Assembly (NCBI RefSeq): GCF_001194135.2 | Contig: NC_068982.1 | Coordinates: 137,276,167 to 137,340,166 of the forward strand | Direction: 5' to 3' | Origin: Octopus bimaculoides | Taxonomy: Eukaryota | DNA length: 64,000 nt | Shown: positions 24,868 through 38,535 of the stretch, one piece after another | How positions within the stretch are numbered: the first letter of the stretch is position 1 | Layout of the letters: each line of letters begins with the position of its first letter | Notes under the pieces: model-generated | Databases searched by the model: none | Seen by the model: the letters and a program-made list of their open reading frames with translations, nothing else | What the model was told of the DNA's origin: nothing | Program-made: the position numbers and the translations under genes

Positions 24868-25165
24868 GTGTAGTATATTGCCACTTAAGTGTGGCTGACC
24901 CCTAGGGGTGGATGTTACTGTTGCTTTTAGCCCCAGGAGGACATCTCCTCCAGCTGGCTTATCGACACACGACTGTGTCCTGTTTGCCAAGGGTAGTTAT
25001 CCCTCTCACCAACATCTGCAGCGGTGAGAGGGATAACTACCCTTGGCAAACAGGACACAGTCGTGTGTCGATAAGCCAGCTGGAGGAGATGTCCTCCTGG
25101 GGCTAAAAGCAACAGTAACATCCACCCCTAGGGGTCAGCCACACTTAAGTGGCAATATACTACAC
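24868..25165. repeat. Perfect inverted repeat, 143-bp arms, 12-nt spacer
   Basis: 24868-25010 is the exact reverse complement of 25023-25165 (checked base by base); spacer aacatctgcagc. Confidence 0.98.
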
Positions 25166-26409
25166 TTTATCGTGCAGTTACTGTTAATACTTCATTTAGA
25201 GAATTAACATTGAAAATCTTATGTTTTTAAACTTTTTTTTTTAAAATTTAAATTCATCTAATTTAATAAATATTTGTTCCTGGTTTTCCCTTTACTTATA
25301 AAATTTATAAATAGTTGACAATAATTCAAAACAGAAAATTAAGTGTATCACTTTGTTTTATGAACTATAAAAAAAAATGTTCTTTATTGACATATATCAG
25401 ATATTTTCTTTAATAAACAATGTGAATTGTTTTTCATTGCACAACATTTTTCTTTCCTGTACATTGTTCTTTCATTTCAATGCAGTAACCATAACATGAA
25501 CATGTTTTGGGTTGTTTTTTTTTCCCTTCCACAAAACAATGTTTTGTGACATATAAACTTGCATGTGCATGATATGATTAATAATGTCTGATATTCCCTT
25601 GTAGAACTAGTTCACTCTCCGTTAAATCACCACCTTGTAGCTGAATGTTTAGTGACATCAAATAGCTTAGTAAACACTTTCAACATCCACAATTAATGTG
25701 TGTTTCTTACTGAACAAAACTTGCTTTCACATTTATATTGGACTGCACAAATATTATCCATGCTTTATTTTCAGTCTCTGACAACTTTGCCAAAACTTAA
25801 ACAATCAACTAATTCTATTGTAAGATTACATTGGATCTGAAACAATGGTTCAAAGAGAAGAAAACTGCATATTTTTTTTTATAATTTGTTAGATTTTTTT
25901 TTTTTTTAATGTTAACTTTGAATATAAATTGAGTCAATTTACTTTGTTGACCTTTCTTTATATAAATATTTATCTGGATAACAGAAAATTATGTGCATTT
26001 TGAAATTTCTATAAAATATATGCTTGTATGTTGCAGTTGCTATTTTCATCATTACTTACTTCAAGTGTTGCACTGTAATGATAAATATAACCTAATACAT
26101 TCCACACAGACACACACACACACATATATTGCCAGACTGTAAACAACATTTATTTTGAAAATCCATACTTGTTTGTGTAATAGTGTATCTGGAAATGAAT
26201 GTTACTTATCAAGTATATAATGCTTTATACATGACAACTTCTACATTAACAGAAATATGAAAATTTAAATAGAATTTGTAGCTTCTAATTTCTTTTGTTT
26301 TGTTTATTGTTAAATAAGATATTTTAGAATCTAAAATGTTCTTAACGGATATACTTAATATTTTGACAAAGCATTCTTATTAAAATTTACTTGAAAATGG
26401 AATCTGTTG

Positions 26410-26640
26410 CTGGTACCACTCAGAAAAAGTACTGGTGCTGGTGCCACAGAAAACGCACCCATTCTGGTGCGACAAAAAAAAAAAAAAAGCACTGGTGCTT
26501 GAGCCATGTAAAAAGCACCAGTACTTTCTGTAGAGTGGTTGGCATTAGAAAGAGCATTCAGCTGTAGAAACCAAACCCAAAGCAGACAAGGGAACAGCTC
26601 CTGTCAAACCACCCAACCCATATCATCATGGAAGACGAAT
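26410..26640 (+). mobile_element. RTE-tail fragment with degenerate ctggtgc..aaaagcac subunits
   Basis: Tail motif gtggttggcattagaaagagcattcagctgtagaaac. Confidence 0.7.
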
Positions 26641-26647
26641 CTTGCCA

Positions 26648-26652
26648 TCTCT

Positions 26653-26704
<52 letters not shown>

Positions 26705-27020
26705 ACATTCACATTCTGATTCTTGTGTGATAATTGCATCAGCTGTGTCTTGTAACCAATACTCTCCATCATCACCTTTTTCTGCTGCTATTTATCACCC
26801 TCCGTTCCTCAAATCGCTTATTGACATCCAATGTTCTTACTACATCCATCTCTGAGACTATCCATCACCTGCTCGTCTGTCTCTATCTCTTTCCCTCTTT
26901 CCCTCTTTCCCTCTCTCTCTCTCTCACTCACTCACTCTCACTCACTCACTCACTCACTCACTCACTCACTCACTCTCTCTATCTCTCTCTCCCTCCCTCC
27001 TTCTTTCTATCTCTCTCACA
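26648..27020 (+). repeat. (CT)n and (CTCA)n pyrimidine-rich microsatellites
   Basis: Seen directly. Confidence 0.9.
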
Positions 27021-27727
27021 CACAAACATCCACCAGTAAATTTGAAGCTACCATCACTGCCTTTCTTCCATTACTTCTTGTACTGTTTTTTTTTTCTCTC
27101 TCCTCCACCATTCTTCTATCCTGATTGCTCAGTTTGTTCATCACTTCTCTCACCTTCTCACTCTCGTCCAACTCTATCTTCCCTCTGTCGGCTACATTGC
27201 CTTGAATGAGTAGAGACAACATGGAGTAATGAAGACTCTATCTTCTGTGCGATACAAAGTCACCTCAGTAGAACTGGTGCTGCCATAAACTACACCAAGT
27301 GCACTCTGGAAACTGATTCCAAATTAGCAGCAGCAGCAAAATAGGACTGAGAGGATCCTTTACTTTACCCAAAGACATGACAATTTCTGTAATATTGAGG
27401 GCATGATAAAATGCACCTAATACACTGTGTCACGAAGAACATCCAGCTGTAGAAACCATAGTAAAAGCAGAGTGTATGAGCAGGACACAGTCTTCCAAGT
27501 CATGTATAATGGCAGTAATTTTTAAAGAATTGACTTCATCTCTGACAATCTGTCCAACTTATAACAAATCCCTGCATGGAAGACGGATGTAAAAGGATGA
27601 TAAAGATGATGAGAATGTCTTCAATTTCTTTCCATAAGTAATATTGTTTATTTCTCGACATAACAATTAAGAATAATAAATAATAACTCTCAAGATAGAA
27701 ATAACAAATGTACAACAAAAGAAATAT

Positions 27728-28190
27728 TCGTGATGGCACCTGTACCAGCGGAGCGCTAAGAGCACCATTCAAGCATGATCATTGCCAGAGCAGCTGTCTG
27801 GCTTCTGTGTCAGTGACACATAAATAGCACCATTTGAGTGTGATCGTTACCAGCGTCCCCTTACTGGCACTTGTGCTGGTGGAACGTGAAAAAACATTTG
27901 AGCAAGGTTGTTGCCAGTGCCGCTGGACTGGTTCCTGTGCAGGTGGCACATAAAGTACACCATTTTGAGCATGGCCATTGCCAGTACCGCCTGACCAGCC
28001 TTTGTGCCAGTGGCACATAAAAGCACCCACTACACTCTCGGAGTGGTTGGCGTTAGGAAGGGCATCCAGCTGTAGAAACTCTGCCAAATCAGATTGGAGC
28101 CTGGTGTAGCCATCTGGTTCACCAGTCCTCAGTCAAATCGTCCAACCCATGCTAGCATGGAAAGCAGACGTTAAACGTTGATGATGATGA
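27728..28190 (+). mobile_element. RTE-tailed element, 5 ordered subunits, complete (GAT)n tail
   Basis: Colinear with the copies at 20535 and 48180. Confidence 0.9.
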
Positions 28191-29699
28191 AAGATGTCAT
28201 CTCTAAGACTGCACCTTCAGTGCTACCTAGGTGGACTTTACCCCATTTTAGAAATCGAAAGCAGCAAATTAGAAAATTTTTTTTTAAAGAATTTGTTTCA
28301 TAGTTTTCTTTGAACTTCCAACAAAATAACTGTGGAATTTCCACTAGTTCTGCAAGTGTTGATTATTCTTGTATAGCAGCATTAATTTATTGATCTTTAT
28401 GACACTGATCACCTTTATAAACTAAAGGTGTTTGATCCAAAAGTATCTCATGCCACTAGTAACATTATAAGTTTCTTTCTATGGCATATTGATAATACAA
28501 GACAATAATTTTATTGCCACTAATAATACTGAAACAGTCATCCTTGGCAAGATTTGATCTGAAAGGGACTTAACTAAATTCTGAGAACATTTATTTCAGC
28601 ACTCTATCTCGGGTCATACCACTACTTTACTCTTTCTATGAAATAACAGCAAGCAAGAAAACAAGGGTGCCTATGACTTTGGATTCAACATTTTAAGCTG
28701 CATGATTAAGCTGTTTGATTTATGAAGCTTAGTAAGACCAAAACCTGCCTAAAGATGTCACTGCACTGCTAAAGATCAGACTACTCTTCATTACATTTCA
28801 TATTCAATTAACTCTTAGTGGAGTCTCTCCTGACATTTTTCATCAATTATTATCGTCAATTAAAAATCATTGTTCTCAACCCTAAGGGTATTATTTTAAT
28901 TAGTTAAAATATACCAGTTTATCATATCAAGTATACTAGTGTTCACTTTATCATTTCAAATTAGTATTCAACTGCTTTAAACAGTAAGATTCTTTATAGA
29001 TAAATAGATCAATAGAATGATTTCTCAAAATAAGTGATATTTCACTATATCTTGTAGGTATTTTATAATGGTTAGAAGAATGCCTTGTTTTCTGACATTT
29101 TGATTAATATCATGCAATCATATACAGATCATTTAAATGCAGTAACTTTTGTACCTTCTTTAATTCAATATATACAGTATATGTACTTGAAACAGTAGAG
29201 ATCAAAATAGCAATTGTTCATCATTTGTAATGTTTTTGTACTCACAAACATGGAGTGGCATTCATTGTGGGATTTCGTCTTGGAGAATTTCTCCTTAAAG
29301 AACTTCTCCTTAAATATGCTCTGCTAAAAACACTTGATTCAAATATCATCTACAGACATCAATATTTCAGTATGATTTCCTAGCTAGCTCCAGATGTCCA
29401 GGGTATTATCTGTGACTGAAGAGGGGAAATTACATACAAAACACTTGTGTCAGACAGTCTGCTGACATCACTCAGAGTTTGTTGCATTTTTTTTAATACT
29501 AGTCTCTAACACTCTTTTCCAAGACTAAATCACATGTGCCATTTTACATTTGTGTGTACATAAACGTATAATATAATCATTGATATTATTTAATATCCAT
29601 ACTAAGGTCTGCTTGGAATTAATTATGCAATTCTGGTTCAATGCTCCTGAATATGTTATGCAATAACCTGCTTACTGTGATTTAAGTGATGGGTTAAAA

Positions 29700-29900
29700 A
29701 GCACTGATGATGGTGCCACGTAAAAAAGCACCCATTACCCTCTGTAAATGGTTGGTGTTAGGAAGAGCATCCAGCTGCAGAAACCAAACCAAAACAGACT
29801 ATGGAACTTGGTGCAACTCTCCAGCTTGCCAGCTCTTGTCAAACTGTTTAACCCATGCCAACATGGAAAAGAGACGTTTGATGATGATGATGATGATGAT
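29700..29900 (+). mobile_element. RTE-tail fragment ending in (GAT)n at a gap
   Basis: Tail motif seen directly. Confidence 0.8.
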
Positions 29901-30223
29901 NNNNNNNNNNNNNNNNNNNNNNNNNNNNNNNNNNNNNNNNNNNNNNNNNNNNNNNNNNNNNNNNNNNNNNNNNNNNNNNNNNNNNNNNNNNNNNNNNNNN
30001 NNNNNNNNNNNNNNNNNNNNNNNNNNNNNNNNNNNNNNNNNNNNNNNNNNNNNNNNNNNNNNNNNNNNNNNNNNNNNNNNNNNNNNNNNNNNNNNNNNNN
30101 NNNNNNNNNNNNNNNNNNNNNNNNNNNNNNNNNNNNNNNNNNNNNNNNNNNNNNNNNNNNNNNNNNNNNNNNNNNNNNNNNNNNNNNNNNNNNNNNNNNN
30201 NNNNNNNNNNNNNNNNNNNNNNN

Positions 30224-30268
<45 letters not shown>

Positions 30269-30814
30269 TGCATACACACACACACATATATATATATATA
30301 TACACACATACATATATATATATATTTATACACATACATACATATACATATATCCAGTAATAAGATGACTATCAGATCAAAAGATAACGTAGATTAATTA
30401 TCAAAAATATATTCCATTTTTAAAAATGATGTTGATAGCAAAACAAAAAAAATCTTATAAACATGTAAAAAAATATATTCTTTCTAAAAATGTCTATTAT
30501 TGAAAAGATTTCAGATTAATATCTCTGTCATCTCTTACATTATCATATTCCTCATTGTTAGTTTTTCTGTTTATAAAACTTTAAGATTATCAAAAGCAAT
30601 ACTGCCTTCGATGGTACTTTTAATAACCATGCTTGTGTGAGCCATCTTCAGTTTCATAATTCATATTATTCATTCATATTCTAGAATATCAAAAATGTAC
30701 AACTATATAATCAAAAAAAATATATATAAAATGGGTATATATAAATGTTTATGAATGAAAATATCCTTTCATGCTAATTTGAATTTTCCCTTCTTTTTAT
30801 GCTCTTCTTATCAG

Positions 30815-30832
30815 GATGATGCTGTTGCTAAA
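30815..30832 (+). CDS. SH3GLB1: 18-nt microexon DDAVAK
   Basis: Branch-like tgctaat at 30772, pyrimidine tract, TGC at 30800, cag acceptor and consensus donor AAA/gtaagt; phase 0-0. Position resembles the vertebrate WAEEVTK/WNDEVDK segment that precedes (S/A)EQELR. Confidence 0.7.
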
Positions 30833-31989
30833 GTAAGTTTTAAACAATCTGACAGACCATATGTAAATGGTGATGGTTTTCAATTGGTGTTTGATATTCT
30901 ATAGTCGTTGATGCTACCGTTGTTTATGTTGTTTAAAAGTTGTATTTTTTCTCATATTATTATTTTTTTTCATTATAGTAATTTACATTTGGCTTTATCA
31001 TAACTGTTTAAATTCTTAAGTTATGGGCTATTTCATGAAAATGCATGGCCAATTTTCAATTACTATTCAGTTTCTTTCTGTTTCTTTCTTCTTTCGTTGA
31101 TTTCTAGATTTCAAATATAAAATACTTTTGAAAATGATTACCATTTTTGCTATAAAAAGCACAAAATCAAAAAAAAAAAAAAAAAAAAAAAATCAAATGA
31201 TTTCATTAAATAAACTAATTAACATATTTTTGTAATTATTTATTAGGTTTGAAATGAAATTGACCCTGTAAATAGCTTTCAACAACTGTAGACATTTAAT
31301 TATAAATCTCCTTCATTTATCAAGTTTAGTTTTGTAGTTAAAATTTTCATTTACAAAATCTCTTAACCCTGAAATTTTGTACTTGGAGCCTAACTACTTA
31401 AATTTCTCATCACATTAATCTCTAATAAAATTCCCTTCATAGCATTTCGTGCATTCTAAGCTCAGACCTTCCTTAGGTTGGCTAGAAATAACAATAAAAT
31501 ACTGGGATCATTATAATTTAACCATTCCTTCCTCCCCAAATTTCTTGCTTTGTACTTAAGTTAGAAACAAATATTTTCTTTTTTTTCCTTAATTAAAAAA
31601 CCCGGAATTAAAAGAATGTCTAAACTAAAATTTTATGTTCAAGCCCAAACTAAGTAGCTTGTGATAATCCTCCATAATTTTATATCAACTAATCAAATTA
31701 GCGTATATATGACAAAACTCATGTGCCAGCAAATTTTATTCTAGTACAAATGAAATCACACAAGCTTTGCATTCATTATCTTTTGGTATTCACTATTATT
31801 GTCTGCATGTTCTTTTAAGTTAGGAATTTTTTGTTTTGTTTTGTTTTGTTTTTCTGCTGCAGTCATTTTCATTTAAGTTGGGGATACAGTGCTTGCTTCT
31901 CATTTTTATATTTGGTTTTGAGTCTCAGTAAAATCATTGGTGGTTGGATTTTTCTTCTTTCTATATTTCCCAATCACTATATAATCCTC

Positions 31990-32385
31990 ATGGAGGCGCA
32001 ATGGCCCAGTGGTTAGGGCAGCGGACTCGCGGTCGTAGGATTGCAGTTTCAATTCCCAGACCGGGCATTGTGAGTGTTTATTGAACGAAAATACCTAAAG
32101 CTCCATGAGGCTCCGGCAGGGGATGATGGCGAACCCAGCTGTACTCTTTCACCGCAACTTTCTCTCACTCTTTCTTCCTGTTTCTGTTGTACCTGTATTT
32201 CAAAGGGCCAGCCTTGTCACACTCTGTGTCACACTGAATCTTCCCCCGAGAACTGCATAAAGGGGTACAAGTGTCTGTGGAGTGTTCAGCCACTTACATG
32301 TTAATTTCACGAGCAAGCTGTTCCGTTGATCGGATCAACTGGAACCCTCGTCGTTGTAACCAACGGAGTGCCAACAACAACACAT
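31990..32385 (+). mobile_element. tRNA-derived SINE family B, full length, (CAA)n tail
   Basis: Head ggaggcgcaatggcccagtggttagggcagcggactcgcgg with A/B boxes; tail ggagtgccaacaacaac; homologous to the copy at 57329. Confidence 0.85.
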
Positions 32386-32624
32386 ATAATCCTCTTTTGT
32401 CTAAGCTTAAACGAAAACAATGATTGACAAAGCTATGCTCATGAGTTTTAGTTTGTCAGCCAATGGTACAGGTATGGCTGTGTGGTTTAGAAATTCAGTT
32501 CATAACTATGTGGTTCCAGTTTTGATTCCACTGCATTGCACTGGGTGTGAGTATCTTCTACTATACTCCCAGGTCAACCAAATCCTTGTGAATGATTTTT
32601 AGTTGACTGAAACTGTACGGAAGC

Positions 32625-32664
<40 letters not shown>

Positions 32665-32986
32665 TGTGAGTGTGTCTTGTATGTTCTTTCATTAACACTG
32701 TTGAGGCAGTGGTGACATTTGTTTGTCTTATAGCTTGATGGTTTGCTATACAAAGACCAATAGATTAATGAACCTCTCTTGGAAACTGCCCCTTCCTTGA
32801 CAATACATAAGGGTCAGTATCAGTAAAGCCATCCAGCCATAGATTATTGCCAAAGACATAAAGCAGCAATGGTGATGATACTTGGCACCAAGGTCTATAG
32901 CATGTAAGGTACTTTGATAACTTGATAAAACAAAAGCTTAATCCTTTAGCACCCATATTATTGAGGGTTGAGAGTTTTAGATTTAC

Positions 32987-33311
32987 CTTTTACTTGTTTC
33001 AGTCATTAGACCTTGGCCATGCTGGGGCATCACCTTGAAGAGTTTTTAGTCAAATGAATCAACCCCAGTACTTATTATTTTAATCCAAGTATTTATTCCA
33101 TCAGTCTCATTTGCCAAACTGCTTTGTTATAGGGACATAAACAAAGTGACACCAGTTGTCAAGCAGTGCTGGGGGACAAACACAGACACAAAGATACACA
33201 CACATGCACATATATGTAGATGTACTTATATACAGTGGGCTTCTTTCAGTTTCCATCTACCAAATCCACTCACAAGGCTTTGGTTGGCTCAAAGCTATAG
33301 TAGAAGACACT
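32987..33311 (-). mobile_element. SINE family A, head truncated
   Basis: Tail tttacttgtttcagtcattagacc and core. Confidence 0.8.
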
Positions 33312-34424
33312 ATAAGGAATATAATTAGGATTGGTCAGCTTGAATGAATCACTTCCTTCAGAAAACAAGACTTAAGTTATCTTCAATGCTAGAAAATTAA
33401 AAAATATTCAACTATAAACTTTTAATAAGCGATAAAACTTAGTTAAAATAGTAGTTTAAAATAATTAGCTAAAACAAATTGTATAAGTATTACAAAGATT
33501 TCTTGAAAAGAGTAACATTATCTTGTTTCTAAAATCAAGAATTTGAAAGTGTTTTTGAGATATATTTGAGTTTTGAATTATTTTTATTTATTAACTGGTG
33601 TGGGCGTTTTTTTTATTTTGCTCAATATTTTGAAGCTTTGTCTGTGGGAATGTATGGTTTTTTTTTGTTTTTTTTGCGTCTTTGCACCTTTTGTATCTGC
33701 ACTGAAATACTGGTTTGCTGGTCAAGTTTCCAATTTTTTTTTTTTTTGATGTGTTTAATTCGGTTGAATTTTTAAAAAAAATTCAGATGACTATATAATA
33801 GTCTAATTGTAAATGCTTTGATTTCTTAAAACGACCTGTTAAATTATATAATTATTATGTCAAAGTGAACTCATGTTCTTAGCTTAAAATTATGTTTATA
33901 ATTTTAACTAACATAAATATGAAATCAAAAGTATTTAAAGAATCAATATTGGAAAATATTTTATATTTTCAAACATAATTAGAATTACAATACTACAATA
34001 GAATTTGTTTGCAATAAAGAATGTAATAGAAATACATACATGTGTGTTTTTAAGACTAGAGTATATTGCAGATGGTTATTTCATAAAAAGTATATAAAAA
34101 TTAATCTCATGTATAACAGCTAATAAATGCTCTGTTAGATCAAAAATCAATCTACAAAATACATAAAGAACATTGACAGTTCTTATGGATGAATTTCAAA
34201 ATGTGGTGGCAGAAAATATTGTATTTTTATATTGTGTTACTTGAATTCTGTGATTATATTGCTGTGCTAATTTTTTTCATTTTTATGAAATAGCTGATAT
34301 TTAAAAATGTTTTTGTGCATGGATTCAGTTTTTGTTTTATTTTTATTTTTCACAACGAATGTGTTTGTTTCATTACTAATAGTGACCTTTTTTGTTTTTT
34401 GTTTTTTTTGTATAATTTTTGCAG

Positions 34425-34514
34425 GCAGAAGCTGATTTGAGAGTAGCTCAATCTGAATTTGATCGCCAAGTTGAAATTACCAAGCTGTTACTAGAGGGAA
34501 TTAGCAGTACACAT
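34425..34514 (+). CDS. SH3GLB1: Endophilin-B exon AEADLRVAQSEFDRQVEITKLLLEGISSTH
   Basis: Acceptor tttttgcag and donor gtatgt; 90 nt. Near-identical to SEQELRITQSEFDRQAEITRLLLEGISSTH. Confidence 0.97.
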
Positions 34515-36311
34515 GTATGTATCTCCTGTTCTCCTGTACTTGTTACTTTTCATATAGAGCAGAATTTTGAGATTTTTCTTCTCATCATTATATCATTATC
34601 TCCCTACCTTTTCTATTTATTTAGAATTATTATTAACCACATATAGAGAGGTGTGCAGTTGGGAGCAGGGTCTTTTGTTTCCATAGTAGTCATTTCTGAT
34701 CATTAGTAAATTTTTTATAGATAATATTAAACACATGTATATATGTTTTTAGTTTAGATCGCTTACACACATGCATGTTTCTTAATTCTATAGAAGCCAA
34801 CACATTGCATTGTTTTCTCTATTTTGTATGAAATCTGAAAGTTATTCACATAAGCTGTGAATAACTCAAAATAATGAATGTTTTGAAACGTATGCTATTT
34901 ATAGTGTTCGATAATCATTTTAGCTCTGAGCAGTAGTTGAGGTTTTCTCATAATTTACCCTCACCACCACACACCGACAAAAAACTATTTCCTTTTTCTT
35001 CCCGTGAATCATTAAAAAATCTCTATATTTTTAATGAGAAATTTCAATAAAAATATTTTAAAATATTCTACTAAAGGAAGTTTACTACTTTGAAGAATAT
35101 ATAAAGCATTTGAACTGTTTTTGATATTATTTCTAAATTGCTTACGGTTCTAAAGATCACATACTTTGTTTAAATCTTAAAGAGGAAATTATTATTTTGA
35201 AATGGATATTATTTACATATCAAAATAAATTTGAAGAAAAATCAAAGCTGAATGTTAGGATTATTTTTGTGACATTGGCAAACGCTTAAAGCATTATTTC
35301 TAAATATTATGATGTATGAAAATGTGTTATTAAAATATGTTGATACTTAAATACATATCACTTTGTTAAATAAAGTCTGGTTGTGTGAATTTAATATCTA
35401 ATTGGAAAGCATTTTCAAATTCCTTTTGTGATTTGAAATTATATTAAACAGTTTATAATTGGCATTTTAAATGGATAATATCATCTTGTCTGTATAATGT
35501 GGTTTCCAGTTATTTTAAATATCCAATTAAGAGATTCATTGCTTTATTTTTCTTCGAGAAACAAAGTCTGAAAAAGTTGTTTCTTTAACATAGTTTTTTA
35601 AAAAGTTGTTTATTTATCTCAAGACATCACATGATTAATTTAGAAAAGTTAATTTAATTTACTTGATTTAAATGCATTTACTTTAGAGAGTTACCTCATT
35701 CAGTATTTCTTCCAAACTCTGCAAGTTTGTAATCTCAAAAAGAAGTTTTTGGTAATTGTTATTTTAGTAATACACACACCTGTTATAGTGCGTTATGTTG
35801 CATGACCAACCTGGTTGAATAGATGTTATTTTGCTTCAGAAATACAGTTTCACAAGTTCAATTGAGGCTGTTAAGACAAATATTCTTTGACTACTCTGGG
35901 TTTTTTTGTTTTTTTTTTTGTTTTTTATAGATCTTATCATATTTTGTCTCTGAATTAACACTCACAGATAATATCAGTTTGTGTTGAATTCATTTTTCTC
36001 TGTGTATACATTTATTCATTTTTCCCTCAGACTTGCACAATTCACATTTCGCTGTATCTGTGGATTGCAATTTTTGTCACATTTTTAGTAGCTGCCAATA
36101 TTAATTTTAAGATACTCTTACCTAGCAGCTCTTCACTCCATACTTGTCAAGCTCAGTGTTAACTAAAATTGATATGCAGAGGTTTCTTCACAAGTCTTTT
36201 CTATGCTTCAAACAAATTGTACAAGACATAATTATCAAATAAGTAATAATAAGCAGTACTTTCTTTTCAAGTGCAGTAGCATTTAACTTACAATTTTATT
36301 TTATGATTTAA

Positions 36312-36355
<44 letters not shown>

Positions 36356-38471
36356 CAATGCTATTTTCAGTCAGGTGTTGCTCAATTTAATTTTCTTTTT
36401 CTTTCAAGTTTCTTGTATTAAATTATCTTGCTTTACAAAATGGATTTCTAAGTTATCGCTCAACTCGATGAAAACCTTATTAGCTACGGTATGTTAGTTT
36501 TAGTTTGTATTTTCATCTCATTTATTAGAATGCAGCTGGTCCCAAGATTTTTCAGTTTCTTTTTAATCAAATGTATCAGTATTTAATTTGAAGTAAATAT
36601 TGATGCAAGTCTAAAGGTATCCCAAGTTTTAAACTCACCAAACACAACACACTGTAAGCTTTATGGTTGCTGAACTCAACCACTGCCATAGTGCAGAAGC
36701 CTTAAAACATTGATTAAAATATATTTATACTTTGAATATGTTTACATCTCCCCAGCTAATTTCTATAGTCCATATGCTGTATACTGCTTCCTCTTTTTGT
36801 GTGTGTGTGTGTGTTTTTTTTTTCTCCATGAAAATTGTTGATGTGATGTTTTAACATTTCTCAATTCTGTCATTGCCAGAAATAATTTTACGGGTAGCGG
36901 GTAAAGAGATTCCAGATTCACTTGAAGTAGAATGGGTCTCATCAGTTTTAGAGTTGGGTGGCCCATTTAGGATGGTTAATATCATTCAGAACGCCTGCAG
37001 TGATAATTTTTATACACCTTTTCAGAACCATCCAATATGAAGAAATTAAATAGTTGTAAGTCAAATAGGAAAAGAAAATATATTCCTTTAGATATAATTG
37101 AAATTAGTTTCATTCTCTGCACCTTATCACTTGTTTATGTTCATATGGAGGTATTCAGACATATACATTTACACAAACATTTTTCACTACCATTCCTTAA
37201 CAGCTGTCACTTCTTTTCTTTCAATTGTCATATTTTTTTTTTTTTGAAGACCTTATGTGCATTTGTGCAAGCTCACACTCATATGTGTAAGAGTGTGTAT
37301 GTGGATGTGTCTGTCTGTTTTAAATACTCCATCTTTACACACCACTGTCTGTACATCAATCAACTCCCTTTGGCTAAAATCTCACAAAAATGAAAGTACC
37401 CCTCGCATATTCAGAAGTCACTTTCAATGAAATATATTTAAAACATATTGTCTGTAGTGTGTAAATAAATAATCATTGCTGTTAATTTATGATAATTTAG
37501 GAATCTGGAAGTAAAGTTCAGGTATGTATTGCCTTAGTTGGAGAAACCCCACTGTTCAGTTTAGGTAGATCAAAAGATTACAGATCTACTCTGTGTCTGC
37601 TTTGTCATGCTTTAGTGACACTTTTATTGCCTGTTTGCCATAAAGTAACTTTTTTTTTTTCATTTATATTTATTTTATCAGTTTCTTCGCCCCATCTATG
37701 TCTTAGAAGTTAAAAAAAAAAACATTGTGTTCCTTGTTCACTTGCCTTTTGTTGTTTGCTGTCTGTTGGTGCTGCCAACTTTAATTAGTATAGTGCAATT
37801 TACATTTAATATAATTCAGTTGTCACTTATTTTTTTTTAATTCTTGAGTAAATAAGCAACTCTTTAGGAAGTAACTTCTTATTTTGTTCTATAACATGTT
37901 TTTCTTATTTACCCTGGCACAAACTGAATGCAATGGGCCTACATCTTATGGTTTAGTTTACCATTGTAGATACCTGTGTTTTTTTGTTTTGGGGAGTTTT
38001 TTTCCGATATCTTTCTTATGTGTGTGTGTGTGTATTTAAATATGTATGTATATATATATATAATCAATCAATTCACTTTGATTCTTAATTTTTATGCACT
38101 GATCACTTGAGTTAGTTAGCTGTCATTAACATTTTCTCTCACCACAATAAACACAGAATTCTTGTTATGATTCAGTTTTCTTTTTTCATGTTTAAAATGA
38201 ATATTTATTTTCTTGATCTCACTGAATCAGATGTATATTTGTTGTCTAAATAATGTATCCAGCAATTTGGGTTATTTGCTTTGGGCTTTTTTTTTTTTTT
38301 TTCTATCTCCCCTAATACAAAATCTTTTAAAATTCGTTTGTGACTACTCTTAATGCTGTACTAATGAATTTCCTTAAAAGTTTTACCATCCAAAGAATTA
38401 GTGTTGTTATGAACACAATCAACCTGGTTTCTTTTGCTTCTTTGTACTTTTCTGTATCTTAGGTATATTTC

Positions 38472-38535
<64 letters not shown>

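Noticed and set aside
24912-25121. Twin 64-aa ORFs on opposite strands
   Set aside because: A direct consequence of the perfect palindrome; no protein similarity recognised.
31990-32070. tRNA-like sequences here and at 57329 and 18141
   Set aside because: They continue into SINE bodies and lack a complete cloverleaf; these are SINE heads, not tRNA genes.
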